Shown one piece after another: positions 25,209-36,557 of a stretch of 64,000 nt of DNA; positions within the stretch are counted from its first letter, which is position 1, and the number at the start of each line of letters is the position of its first letter. The position numbers and the translations under genes are program-made. Origin of the DNA: Dimorphilus gyrociliatus (taxonomy: Eukaryota; Animalia; Annelida); assembly GCA_904063045.1 (NCBI GenBank), contig CAJFCJ010000011.1, positions 186,001-250,000 on the forward strand. The letters are read 5' to 3'. The notes under the pieces are model-generated. The model was not told the DNA's origin and ran no database searches. It worked only from the letters and a program-made list of their open reading frames with translations.

Positions 25209-28200
25209 CAGTACATAATGTCTTTATATATAACACTAACTGTAATATCCTTTTTAAAAAAAACACTTTGGGAACCATATTTCTTAATTTAGACAATAAA
25301 AAAAAAACTTTTAGAATGCCAATAGGCCTATCCAGCGAGCCATACTATAATCTCTAATATAATAGCATATTTTCTCCTTATTAATAGAATGATATCCCAA
25401 GGTGATTTTGCAGGAAAACTACTTTTGTTTCTAGGCTCTTTTTTTAAGATTTTTCGTTAGTTTTAATGAAAAAGGAGTATATGAAAAAATGAATAAGAAT
25501 GGGAATTGAGAGCGGGCGAGTGAGGGAATGAGTAAGTGAGTGAGTGAGCGAACGAGTGTGAGAGAATGAAAATAAGAGAAAGAAAGGAAGCTAGAAGAAG
25601 ACGAAGTAGGAGTGTGTGAAAATTAAAGGAGGGAGTGAGGAGAGTTAAAAGCCAAAGCCATAAAACATATTGATTAAAGGGAAAAACAAACAGAAGCAAA
25701 GCGGGGAACATTCAATTGTTATTGAGTAACGAAGGAGAATAATCACAAAAGATTAAGGGAATTAATTTTTACAGTAGTTTTCTTTTTTCATCTACTTCCG
25801 TCTAAAATTTCAATATCAATGCTTTTCTACTTTATAATTAAATCTTTCCTTTTCCAGTTGAAAGAGAAATGACTCGGAGAACTCGTTCGTTCAGCGCAGA
25901 TAGGCCTCATTACGCCTATCCCACTTGTAGTTTCTTGATGAAGTGCAACCAAACCGACGAACGTTTCGTCTGTTGCCAAGGTAACAACTTCTTAAGAGGA
26001 GGGGTTGAAGACTAGAAGGGGTGGAAGGGTCAGCAGCGGAGTGGATGTTCGCTGTCTTAACTGTAGTTTCAAATAACTTAAACTAGTGTTTCATTTACAT
26101 TTAAATATACTATTAGCTGTATTTATATACGTATTTTTTATTACATAGCTCACGCCAAGTTGGTCGAAGATAGAGAATCAGTTAAGAGTCAGCCTAGTAA
26201 ACCTTGGTCGGAAGTTAGCCAAATTGTCGATAGACTATCAACTCCCAGATCGGTTCCAAATAAGGATGTTCTAAACGTTAACTCCCCAAGCAAATCCATG
26301 TCTCTGCCTAGAGTCAAGGTTGGTATTTGTTTTACAGATATATATCATTGATCACTGAAGAGGTTTACTTTACAATATCAAAAGCTGTACAGTTTATATA
26401 AACGAGACCATTTCTAGAGGTTTTCCCTTTCCAAGCCAATAAAAAAAGCAGATAATACCCAAAATAAATTAGGAATTTCTTTTCTTCTTCCTCTTCTTCT
26501 TCTTCTTCTTCTAAGTCTTCTTATCCCTTTACAACCAATAGGCCTAACCAATTTCTTCTCTTTTTTTATGTAATCGCAATACGTTTTTTCTTTTTATACG
26601 ATGCAAAAAAACATAAACTACGAAAAGATATTTAAAAAAAAATGGAAAGTAGGGCATCTCTTGATAGAAATTTTTTCCCTCATTTTTTTTTCTAACTAAT
26701 GGCGCCGCGCTCCAAATAATAAAAAAAAAAATAAGAATTCATGTATAATTCAAGAATTAAAAAAAAAAGCGAAAGTTTCTGCATTGTATACAGTCTATAC
26801 AGTAAAAAAAACCCGACTATTATGCATTTATATATATTTACTGTTTATTTACAAATCTCCAACATGTAAATATTTCGGGTTTATATTGGGAGCAAAGCGA
26901 AAAAAAATTCTGTATAAGAGTTTGGGGGATAGGGTGTTTGTATAGGCCTAATTGAGCTAGTGGAACTCTTCCGGTTTTATTAGGGGAAATAACACGGCTA
27001 TCCATCTATATACAGTGTATATATATATATATATATATACACGCCTTTAATCTATACAAATTACGGTTGGAAGGTAAGATGAGGGGCGCATTTCTTTGTA
27101 TTCAAGCAGTTGTCCGTGAAGCAATCCTCTTAATTATCTATAGCGCGTGCACTAGACAATAAATATAATTGGGTTATAAATTGCAGCAATTTGGATTTAC
27201 AAGGAAATTATCGAGTTGTAGTATAGACAGTGGAAATGCTGTAACAACACCTTCTATTAAATCTGATTCGTCTGTTGATTCCCGAAATAAGATAGTCGAA
27301 AAGAAAAAGATTCAATCTTCCGGATTAAATAGTAGTGAGGACGCCGAAATTGAAGATAATTCGGATGTCTCAGAGTCCCATAAATCAGCTATAGCCAAGT
27401 TAAATGAGAAAAGGAGGTTACAGGGTAAAGAGCCCTTATTTGAAAAGAAGATTGAGGCTGAAGAAGTAAAGCAGGATAATAGTGATAAGCTGCCTTTGAC
27501 AAAATCGGCCAGAGCTGCTGAATTCAAGGCCAAACTTGCTGAGAAGCGAAGATTACAAGGCAAAGAACCCCTTGACAAGGATGAAAACATTAGCTCAATT
27601 AAGAGTGAAGAGGTAGAATCTGTCGAGACAAAGGAAGAAAGGAAAGCAAAGAAAGAGGAAGAGGAAAAACGGTTTGTAATTATACCTTTTAGCTATATAT
27701 TTTCATCATTATCCTCTTCTCCCTTATAAAGGAAAGAAGAAGAAAGACTAAAATTAGAAGAAGAACGAAGGGCTAAGGCGGAAGCCGATAGAAAATTGAA
27801 AGAAGAAATCGAAAGGAAAATGAAGGAAGAGGCTGAACGTAAAGAGAAAGAACGATTAGAGAGATTAGCACGCGAACAGGAAGAGAAGGAGGAAAGGAAA
27901 AGACGTTTAGAGATGATAATGAAAAAGATTAAACCAGAAAAACGTCCCGAAACTAATGATTCTCCAAAAGCAAACAACAAAGACGACTCCTCTATTAGTG
28001 AACAGACTGAGACCACCAACGGCGATGAACAAAAGATTAATACACCTCCATACAAAGATTTATTGGAAGAGTCCAAGACCGAAGACAACCAAGAAGGAAC
28101 AGAAATGTCAATTTATCAACAAGATTCCCTCGACGAAACCAATTCCAATAGAAACGAAAATATTCAACAGACAACGAACGGAGTTCTTAAGGGACAAACT

Positions 28201-28392
28201 TCTGTTTACACCATTTCTAACGAATTAAATGGCGAAAATATGTCAAACAACCAAGTTAATAAGGAAAACATCGAACAAACTACCGACGTAAACGCGAACA
28301 AAGACGGCGACAGACAGACGTCAATTTATCGTGAATCCCTAGACGGTCCTGTCGACGACGATGTCAACGCCAATCAATTAGTTCAAACTTAA
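22933..28392 (+). CDS. MAP7: MAP7/ensconsin-like microtubule-associated protein with alternative 5' exons (22933-22984, 24754-24811, 25858/25870-25980, then 26149-26318, 27187-~27671, 27732-28392)
   Basis: IVDRLSTP motif, LAEKRR motif, and a long E/K/R-rich helix ending EEKEERKRRLEMIMKKIK (MAP7-domain-like EExxxRKKRLEEIMKR). The phase-1 5' exons all fit the acceptor at 26149. Confidence 0.65.
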
Positions 28393-28636
28393 TGTTTCTT
28401 TTTTGGTAATTTTTTTTACTGTTTCTACTTAATCTAATTAATGAGAATGGATACAGATCTAGGAAGATGCTTTTCTCCAGTTCGAAAATTCCACAATTCA
28501 TCATTCTTTAATCAATGCTAAAAAAAAAACTAAGGATACGAATACGTTTAATTTAGGACTAATTAATTTTTTTCAATTGCGTGATAATACATAATTGGAT
28601 GGATTGTCGGTTTGATGACCTGGCCAAAAAAGACTT

Positions 28637-28675
<39 letters not shown>

Positions 28676-28685
28676 CTTTCTCTCT
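28637..28685. repeat. (CT)n-(CTAT)n compound microsatellite in the MAP7-like 3' region
   Basis: Visible repeat. Confidence 0.85.
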
Positions 28686-29179
28686 ACCAACAGTTAATAT
28701 TTTAATTAACACTTTAAGAAAATAGAAAAGAAAAAAAAACACTTGAACAAGTCAAAGTGGTTTTGGTGGGTTATCCGGTAAAATTATTTAGCTAATAAAA
28801 GAGAATATTTTTTTAAATATAACAATTAATTAATTAAAACAAATAAACAAAAAACAAAAGAAAATGGTAAAATCTTTGAGTGTTGTGCCTATTTTGGTTA
28901 TTTTAACAAAATGTAACACAAATACCAAAAAAAAATAACAGATAAGATATTATTAAAAGTTTTTTGCTTTAGAGTTTTATTTACAAATGTGAACATCAAC
29001 TATTAATAATAAAAAAATTTATACACTGATCAGTTGTTTTAATATATTTTGGTGTCTATTTGACAAGAACTGAATCATTCTACTTACCTCTGTTGTTTGA
29101 CTAATCTATAATTATTATAAACAAACATATAAATAAAATAGCAAAAATATGTAGATAAATGTAAACATAGAAATTTTTC

Positions 29180-30791
29180 ACTTACGTTGCTATTAGTGCG
29201 CCATAATTCTAAGCTAGTATCGACTAAACGTCTCTTTAACGAATCCATTGTGAATTTATGTCGATTATTAAAATAGAGATTTATATTTTTTATATAGTCG
29301 AAATTCTTCACATTTCTTTCAAAAATTCGTTGTTGATTAAATGTTTAATTAATATAGACGATTTACGAATTTATACCTTTTGATATCATTGTCAAGTGAA
29401 AGAATTTCTAAAAGTGTTAATAAATTCCAGGAAAATCCATCAAAAGTTGCCAAAAGTCCTCTAAAAATAGCATAATATTGATAATAATTATTTGATTTAT
29501 AACAATTCCTTTTGTTAATAAATTAGTCAAATTTCTAGTTGGATATACGAAATTTAGCTAATTCTCTTAATAACAGGAACTAACTCATTAAATCCTTCTC
29601 TCGTCAAACGTTCGAATAATTCATCATCTATATCAAACATTCCTTTTATAAAGTCTAGAAATTGAGTTGAAAAAAGCAGTCATTCGTAATTGTTATATGA
29701 TTTTGTAATTGTTACAGTTTCTCAACTTACTAAAGTCAAATTCGACAGCGTCAAATTGAATACTTGGAATAACAAATCCGTATTCAAGTAATAATTTTGC
29801 ATTTGCGTGAGAACCATAGGAGATAAAAACTTGATCATATTTATTATAGGTTTTAAGGGTTTTTATTTCATAACAATTTTTATCCTTATTAAATCCTGCT
29901 TCAATCTAGACCATGGATGAAAATGGAGAGGATTGAAAAGAATAAAATATTTAAGATATTTAAACAAACCATTGCGGAATCAGAATGATTTAACAAATCT
30001 AGATAGGGTATTAATGCAAGATGATTAGTATCATCTAAGAAATAATCACCGCTGTAGGTTTTCATATAGATGCACCTCGTATTTATAGCAGACCAAGCCC
30101 ATTTAAAATCATTCCACGTTAGATCTGCACGTAGGAAAGTTGATAGATTACCCCCTAATCTCAAGCAACGTTCGTATAGCCTTTGAACTTGTTTTACTTC
30201 CGTGTTAACTTTGGAACGCAACGATTTAGGTAAAATATCAAGTTCTTCCTCTGTCCAATACGTTGGAATAGAATATTCTTCTGGTAAAGTTCTTATATAA
30301 AAATGCCAGATAGACTCGTCTCCTAAAGATCTTTCATAAATAAGAAATAAACATAAAGCTTCTAAGGATGAAAATTGCCTCGCTTTCCTGCATATGCAAA
30401 GAATTTTTGTTACGTTGTTAACATTCCTTAATAATAGAACAAACTTGCGAAAAAAAGGACCGAGACCACTTTTCAAAATTGTTCTAGTTGTTATTATGAG
30501 TCCTTCTGGAACCTGAATTATTATATCTGTTATCCTTTTTCGGGCCATAATTCCTCTACCAGTATCTGTAAACAATGAAGATTGATCGTGTTAATCGTTT
30601 TAATGTGTTATCCAGAAGTAAAGAGACTTTCTGATACTTTGAAAAACGGCGGGAACCAAAGATTTGTTTCTAAACCCTCTAGATTGCATCCATATTGATA
30701 ATGAAATTATATCATTGTCCAGAGCCAAGTTCTTAAACAGTCTTTCCTTTGTTGAGTATCTTTTTCTCCATGTACGACCTTTTCGAACCAT
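29180..30791 (-). CDS. SETD4: SET domain-containing protein 4-like methyltransferase, multi-exon (3' end approximate)
   Basis: MVRKGRT..., LVPAVFQ|DTGRGIMA..IIQVPEGLIIT, FKWAWSAINTRCIY, LALIPYLDLLNHS, IEAGFNKDKNCYEI..QVFISYGSHANAKLLLEYGF, FDGFSWNLLTLL. Confidence 0.88.
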
Positions 30792-30988
30792 TTATTATCG
30801 CTCATTAACACGTTTTGTTTGCATAATAAATATATTCATAATCTTTGTGCAGAAAGACTTTTTAGATCAATAGACTATTATATTCAACTTTTCCCTGTAG
30901 TATTAAGCTTAGCTGTAATCTGTTATCTAAGAAACTAATCAAGTTCACTCTTCGGAATCGAATACTCAAAGCAAGATTTATCATCAGA

Positions 30989-30998
30989 AGGCGCCATC
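30989..30998 (-). promoter_or_regulatory. YY1-like motif (AGATGGCGCC) ~200 bp upstream of the SETD4 start
   Basis: Matches the YY1 consensus (A)AGATGGCG. A similar site (AGATGGCGCA) lies at ~8343-8352 just inside PCBD. Function untested. Confidence 0.3.
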
Positions 30999-31459
30999 TC
31001 TAGGGAATGGAAGAAACATCAATCTCTATTGTCTGTATTGAAGTAATTTTCTCGACAAAGCCCACAATATAATTATTCCTCAAAGAAAAACAGTTAAATA
31101 CTAAGCTCACAGAACATAGATTGCATATTGTAGTAACGTTACGACGGATGTAATAAATAGAAGTAGCAGAAAAATTGAAAATAGATTATAATTAAAGCTA
31201 AAGCCAAATTGTTCCACCATTTTTTTAGAGAAGAAATCTAAACTGGCTATTAGGGAACTTTTTATCAAACTTTTCCAAAATTTCTCGTCTATTATCAGTA
31301 GATTCTTTCTCGTATATTTCTTTTCTGTATAGGAATTACGAAGAGATTATATGCAATACTATTAGAAAGATGGATAAGATAATTTGAAAAATATTAAAAC
31401 AGTAAGATTAGGTTAGTTAAAGAAAAAAAAACAGATATATAAAATTCAAGGTTTTTTAA

Positions 31460-31462
<3 letters not shown>

Positions 31463-31503
<41 letters not shown>
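31463..31503. repeat. (TA)n microsatellite
   Basis: Visible TA run. Confidence 0.9.
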
Positions 31504-31506
<3 letters not shown>

Positions 31507-31630
31507 TATATACTGTGCATACATATTCTAAAAATACTGTATAGGTTAGAATAATAGAGGAAAAATACTCTTCTTTTTTTTAAAAACTATACTTTGTGTG
31601 TTCTAGATAAGACTGTCTACTCACATTTCG

Positions 31631-32992
31631 TTATCGTCCGTGTCTTTTGACTTCTCCACAAGCTTTTTGTTGAGAGAATAAAGGTATATCTTTGTTAAAT
31701 AAAAAATAACATACTATTATTTTCAACTTTATACCAACCTCTTCTAAACGAGTTCCGTATACGTTTACCAAATTATTTGACCTGTAATACTGTTTAATTG
31801 GCTTCCGGGGAGATTCCAATTTAAACTTTGGTGAATAGTTAGCCTGGAAGTTTTCTAGGTTATTTCCAGTAACTTTCATTGACCACGCGGATCGGAAGCC
31901 TTTTGAAAGGGCGTTTTCATCGTCTCTTTTTACGTTTGGTAAGGGTAGTGTAGAGTAAGAGTTAAGGCTTTTATTAATATCGTCACCGGAAAGACAAGCC
32001 GTCCAAGCGCCTCTGTGGTAAGTCTTCCTTTCGGTTGCGTTGCGAATATCTTCACAACTTGACTCTTTGCAACTTTCAACGAAAGGAAATCTGTTTTCAT
32101 CCAACTGGTAATCGGAAGGCGCCATTGACCAATATCCTCTATGGTATTGACGTTTTCCCCCACGCTGTCCACCTGAACCGTTTGCACTAACTCTGTCTCT
32201 TCCGTCGTCATCCTGAGAGTTGACCGAATTAGAGGATGAAGACCTTCTAACGTGGCTCTTTTGACCTATAATATCTTTAAGCATTAGCTTTCTGAGGAAA
32301 CTATTATCTCCTTCGTAGTGAATATCTTTTTCGATAAGCTTATTGCTATTCCTCGGTTTATTAGTTATCTTCTCATACATTGAAAGAGCAAATGGCTCTG
32401 GATCGCTTTCGTATTGACCCTTATTGCTGGCTGGTGTTCCATAATGTATTGCTAGGGTACCGAATCCCGATCTATGGCATTGAGTTATCGGTAAAGTAGC
32501 ATATGCCATGTTTTTATCGTGATTCCATTGACGCGATACCGGTTTACCCAAATCTGCATAGTATCCTGGATTCCTAAAGCGTATGTCCAGAGTTCCATGA
32601 TGACTCCTATAATATGTCGGTTTATAGCTTTTCTCAAAGTCGGAAGCATCACAATCACTAAATCCATTATCATTAATACAGCGATTAGCAGTTAATCCGC
32701 TTTGATTATTTAATGCCACTTCAGCTGTGCATGGCGCCTCGTTAACTTGTTCAATTCTCTCTCCATCCGGCTCTTTTATTCCTTTATTGGATTTTATTTC
32801 ATTAGTTATAATATATTCCATATGATATACCTCACCACTTTGGTCCTTTTTCACTAATTGGGCCGTAAATTCTGGTTCATCAACTGATACTCTCTTGTCG
32901 CCATTCTTCTTTTTTGTCTTTTTACCTTTACCCGATTCGAAATTGTCGATACTAACTCCCTTCCTGCGAGATACGCAACCGCACAGATGCAT
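31631..32992 (-). CDS. Uncharacterised ~450 aa disordered protein with recurring Y[HY]R[GS]xW motifs
   Basis: An uninterrupted 1.4-kb ORF with coding-like composition in an AT-rich genome. First ATG at 32992 (MHLCGCVSRRKG). A small terminal exon (~31617-31662) is possible. Confidence 0.8.
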   Translation of the reverse strand: MHLCGCVSRRKGVSIDNFESGKGKKTKKKNGDKRVSVDEPEFTAQLVKKDQSGEVYHMEYIITNEIKSNKGIKEPDGERIEQVNEAPCTAEVALNNQSGLTANRCINDNGFSDCDASDFEKSYKPTYYRSHHGTLDIRFRNPGYYADLGKPVSRQWNHDKNMAYATLPITQCHRSGFGTLAIHYGTPASNKGQYESDPEPFALSMYEKITNKPRNSNKLIEKDIHYEGDNSFLRKLMLKDIIGQKSHVRRSSSSNSVNSQDDDGRDRVSANGSGGQRGGKRQYHRGYWSMAPSDYQLDENRFPFVESCKESSCEDIRNATERKTYHRGAWTACLSGDDINKSLNSYSTLPLPNVKRDDENALSKGFRSAWSMKVTGNNLENFQANYSPKFKLESPRKPIKQYYRSNNLVNVYGTRLEEVGIKLKIIVCYFLFNKDIPLFSQQKACGEVKRHGR

Positions 32993-34308
32993 TTCAAGGG
33001 CTGAGTAACCGGCGCTAAAATGCTTCAAATTATTATGCTAATCCTGGCCTCTCTGTAAATACTCAGTGTAACTAAAAACCGTTCGAGACTTAGTAGCATT
33101 AGCAAGCGGTTAAACGTACAGTTTTTAATCAATTGTTCTCTTGGAGATTAATAGACTATTCGACCATATCGTCTTTCGTTACCATAACGCCCAATTTCTT
33201 TCTACCACTTAATGCATATGGTGTCCATCTTTTTTTTTTTTTAATAAAAAAATCTTAATAAAACACCGTACTAAATAGCACAAGAGAACATAGTGTACTT
33301 ATGAATGTTTTGTATATTCAGCGACTCACAAATTTTAACAGCTTGATCTTTCTTTTTTAAGTTGATAAATGTTATATTCTAGCAGAGTAAATATATTTTT
33401 TTATATGATTAAAAAAACTGTAATATTTATTTATTAAAGAATAAGTAAATATTGAATTAAAACTATTTGTAAATTGTTAAAAAAAGAGTAAATTTCGTTC
33501 TTTTCGGAATATACTAAAATATCTATATATTTATATATACCAATTTTTTTGTGTAAAAGAACCACTTAATATATTTTGTAATTATCTATATAAAAAATGT
33601 TGATGTTAAACAAGGCATGTTTAAAAAAAAAGAAATGACCACCTGCGTAACTACTACAAATAACCTTGACCTTTGCACCGTATTTTCCTCAGCATTTTAC
33701 AGTACTCAGAAAAAGTTATTCTGTTCTATTTCTCAGGTTATAAAATATTTATAAATAACAAAAATTCTCTCTTCTATATTATTCTGCGTATAGATATTCT
33801 ATATCAGATATACAAGATGGAATTTTTATTCATAATCGCTCAATAGTTATATTTAAGTCTCTTTTACAAATCGTTTTATTCTAGTCTCGTTCAAAGTGAT
33901 TTATTAAGCTATTTTATTATGTTTTCTTACAAAATATATTCTATAAATGTATATCTATGCATTTGTAATTAACAACACTAGGTTTAGGTAATAAAGACCA
34001 AAAATTTATCTCATGCTTAACGATAATAAAAGCCGTTCTCCTATTTACGTGTACTTTGAAAAATGGTCAAAATTTTGATATATTCTAACATTCTAAATTG
34101 TGCTGATCATCGTTACTATATAATTCTAATAAGAATTAGACATTGTGAATTGATAGATATCCATAAATTACGAAATTTTATCTGTAATTTTATTTATTAT
34201 TATAATTTACAAGTATATTTATAAATGGAGTATAACAAATACGAAAAGACTTAAAAGAATAGTTTTATTTAGTGATAAATTCACTCTTTTATCAATAGCA
34301 AGAGGAGA

Positions 34309-35812
34309 ATGAGCGAAAATCCAGCTACAACTCTCTTTCGAGAATATCTTAGAATAAAATCCGTACAACCCAAACCGGATTATGGTAACATAGAAAAGTA
34401 ATTAAATAAAGATTGTTAAATCCACCCAAATTCTTCTCTCTTAGATGGTGTTGTTAAGTTCTTGACAAGAATATCAAAAGAACTGGACCTGCCCATGCAA
34501 GTTATCGAACTTGTTAAAGGAAAGCCCATCATAGTTATAACCTGGAAAGGAGAAAATCCTAGTTTACCATCCGTACTGCTGAACTCCCATACCGACGTTG
34601 TACCGGTCTTCCCTGAGTACTGGAAGCATGATCCATTTTCGGCTCATAAGGTATATATTATCTAAAAACTCAGTGCTTTCGAGATCTTACTAGGTTACCA
34701 TGTTTATTTTATATCTTAAAACAAAGATTATATTTTTAAGCAGGACAACTCCTATTTTTTTAAAATAAATAAACAATGTGCAAAATGTTACAGGAGGAAA
34801 ACGGAGACATATACGCCAGGGGGAGCCAAGACATGAAATGCGTCGGTATTCAACATATTGAAGCCGTCAGAAGGTTGAAATCGTCGGGATTTAAACCTCT
34901 ACGAACGATTCATCTATGCTTTGTACCAGACGAGGAGATTGGCGGGATAGACGGTGTAAAGAAGTGGGTTGACGAAGATTCTTTCAAGCAGTTGAATGTG
35001 GGTTTATCCTTGGATGAGGGTCTGGCCAGCGAAAGTAGTGTAGTTCCCGTTTATTACGGAGAGAGAGCTATTTGGTGGGTTAATGTTACCTGTCTTGGAC
35101 AACCAGGACACGGCTCTCAGTTTTTACCTGATAACGCGGGGAAAAAAATTAGGTTAACACTCTTAAACTTTAAAGTTCTATTATAGCTATTTAATTATTA
35201 TTTCGATCAGACACGTTATTGATTCATTTATGAACTTCCGCGATGAAGAGGAAAAACGATTGAAATCAGATAAAAACTTAACACTTGGGGATGTAACAAC
35301 TGTCAACTTGACTATTTTAGAAGGTGGAGTTCAGCAAAATGTGGTACCTGCTCAATTAAATGCAAAATTTGATGTTCGCATTACACCACACTTATCGCAC
35401 GATAAAGTTAGAGAAATGATTGATAAGTGGTTGAAAGAGGCAGGAGAAGGCGTTTCGTATAATTTTTTGCAGTATACACCTGAAATAAAACCCTCTGAAC
35501 TGACGGGTAAATGGTACGACGCTGTTAGCAGTTCATTGAATGAGTCTGGCGTACCATTTAAACCTGAAATTTTCCCTGCTGCAACTGACAGTCGTTACTT
35601 TAGAGCTAAAGGTTTGGATAAATAATTTTCTGTTGAATATTTAATTAAGATAACGATATGATTAATTAGGTATTCAGGCATATGGTATCAGTTATATGCC
35701 AGAGACCCCGATTCTTCTGCACGACCACAACGAAAGACTGAATGAAGCAGTTTTCCTTAAAGGAATAGATGTTTTTGAAAATCTTGTCAAGAAAGTTTCC
35801 CTGGTCAACTAA
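34309..35812 (+). CDS. ACY1: Aminoacylase-1 (M20 family zinc peptidase), multi-exon
   Basis: [80 protein letters not shown]. Confidence 0.96.
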
Positions 35813-36557
35813 GCAATTTCTTTAAGATTTAATAAAATTTTTTGCCGAACTATCATTATATTTGCGTGGGTCACATTCGAGTTAATTAGGTTAGACATAT
35901 CTTAATTAAAGCGTTTAATAGACGACTATTTGAAAGAAATGGACACTTTAGAAAACCCGCATACGTATATAAACAATTGTTTCGTAACATTACATAAGAA
36001 CACGTTCCAAAAATATTATCACAAAGTTTATTTGAAGTGGAACAAACAAGGTTTATGATAATGAGAAACAGTTTGATACCTTCCTATCATTCTTTAAACA
36101 AATACAATAAAAATGATACAAAAGAGCTGAAGTTATATAGTTCAATAAGGTAAAACTATTCTATATGTTATTTAGTAGTAAATATTCAGATCTATAATGA
36201 TTTATAAGTTCAATCTTAGGTTAAAGAGCTCCATCCTTCTAATCTAAATACGTTAATGGAGATTTCTATCTTTATTAGTATCTTATCTTTTGGCTTTCGT
36301 TTTCTTTACCAACATATGAGTTTTACTATCTAAATTTTTACCATTTGTTATAAAATATGCGTACTAAAATAGTAAATGTTTTTATTATCCTATCGGTGAA
36401 AATCTCACTTTCTTGTTCATATAAAAAAGAAACTTTGTAAAGGTCTTGTCACTTTCATAATTGCCGCCAAAACTGGACTACGTATTAAGAAGGAAGGCGA
36501 GTGGGCGATAATGAATTAAATGCATTGTACACTTTTACCGAAACGGAAGTATAACAC

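Noticed and set aside
23950-25711. ORFs 23950-24171, 24348-24566, 25463-25711
   Set aside because: Low-complexity or purine-rich intronic sequence of the MAP7-like gene, with no homology-like motifs.
27312-28088. Ser/Leu/Phe-rich minus-strand ORFs
   Set aside because: Antisense shadows of the E/K/R-rich MAP7-like exons.
30930-31000. Possible extra terminal exon (EMAPSDDKSCFEYSIPKSELD*) for the 465-aa ORF
   Set aside because: Phase does not match the upstream GTGAGT donor. The segment coincides with a YY1-like motif in the SETD4 promoter.
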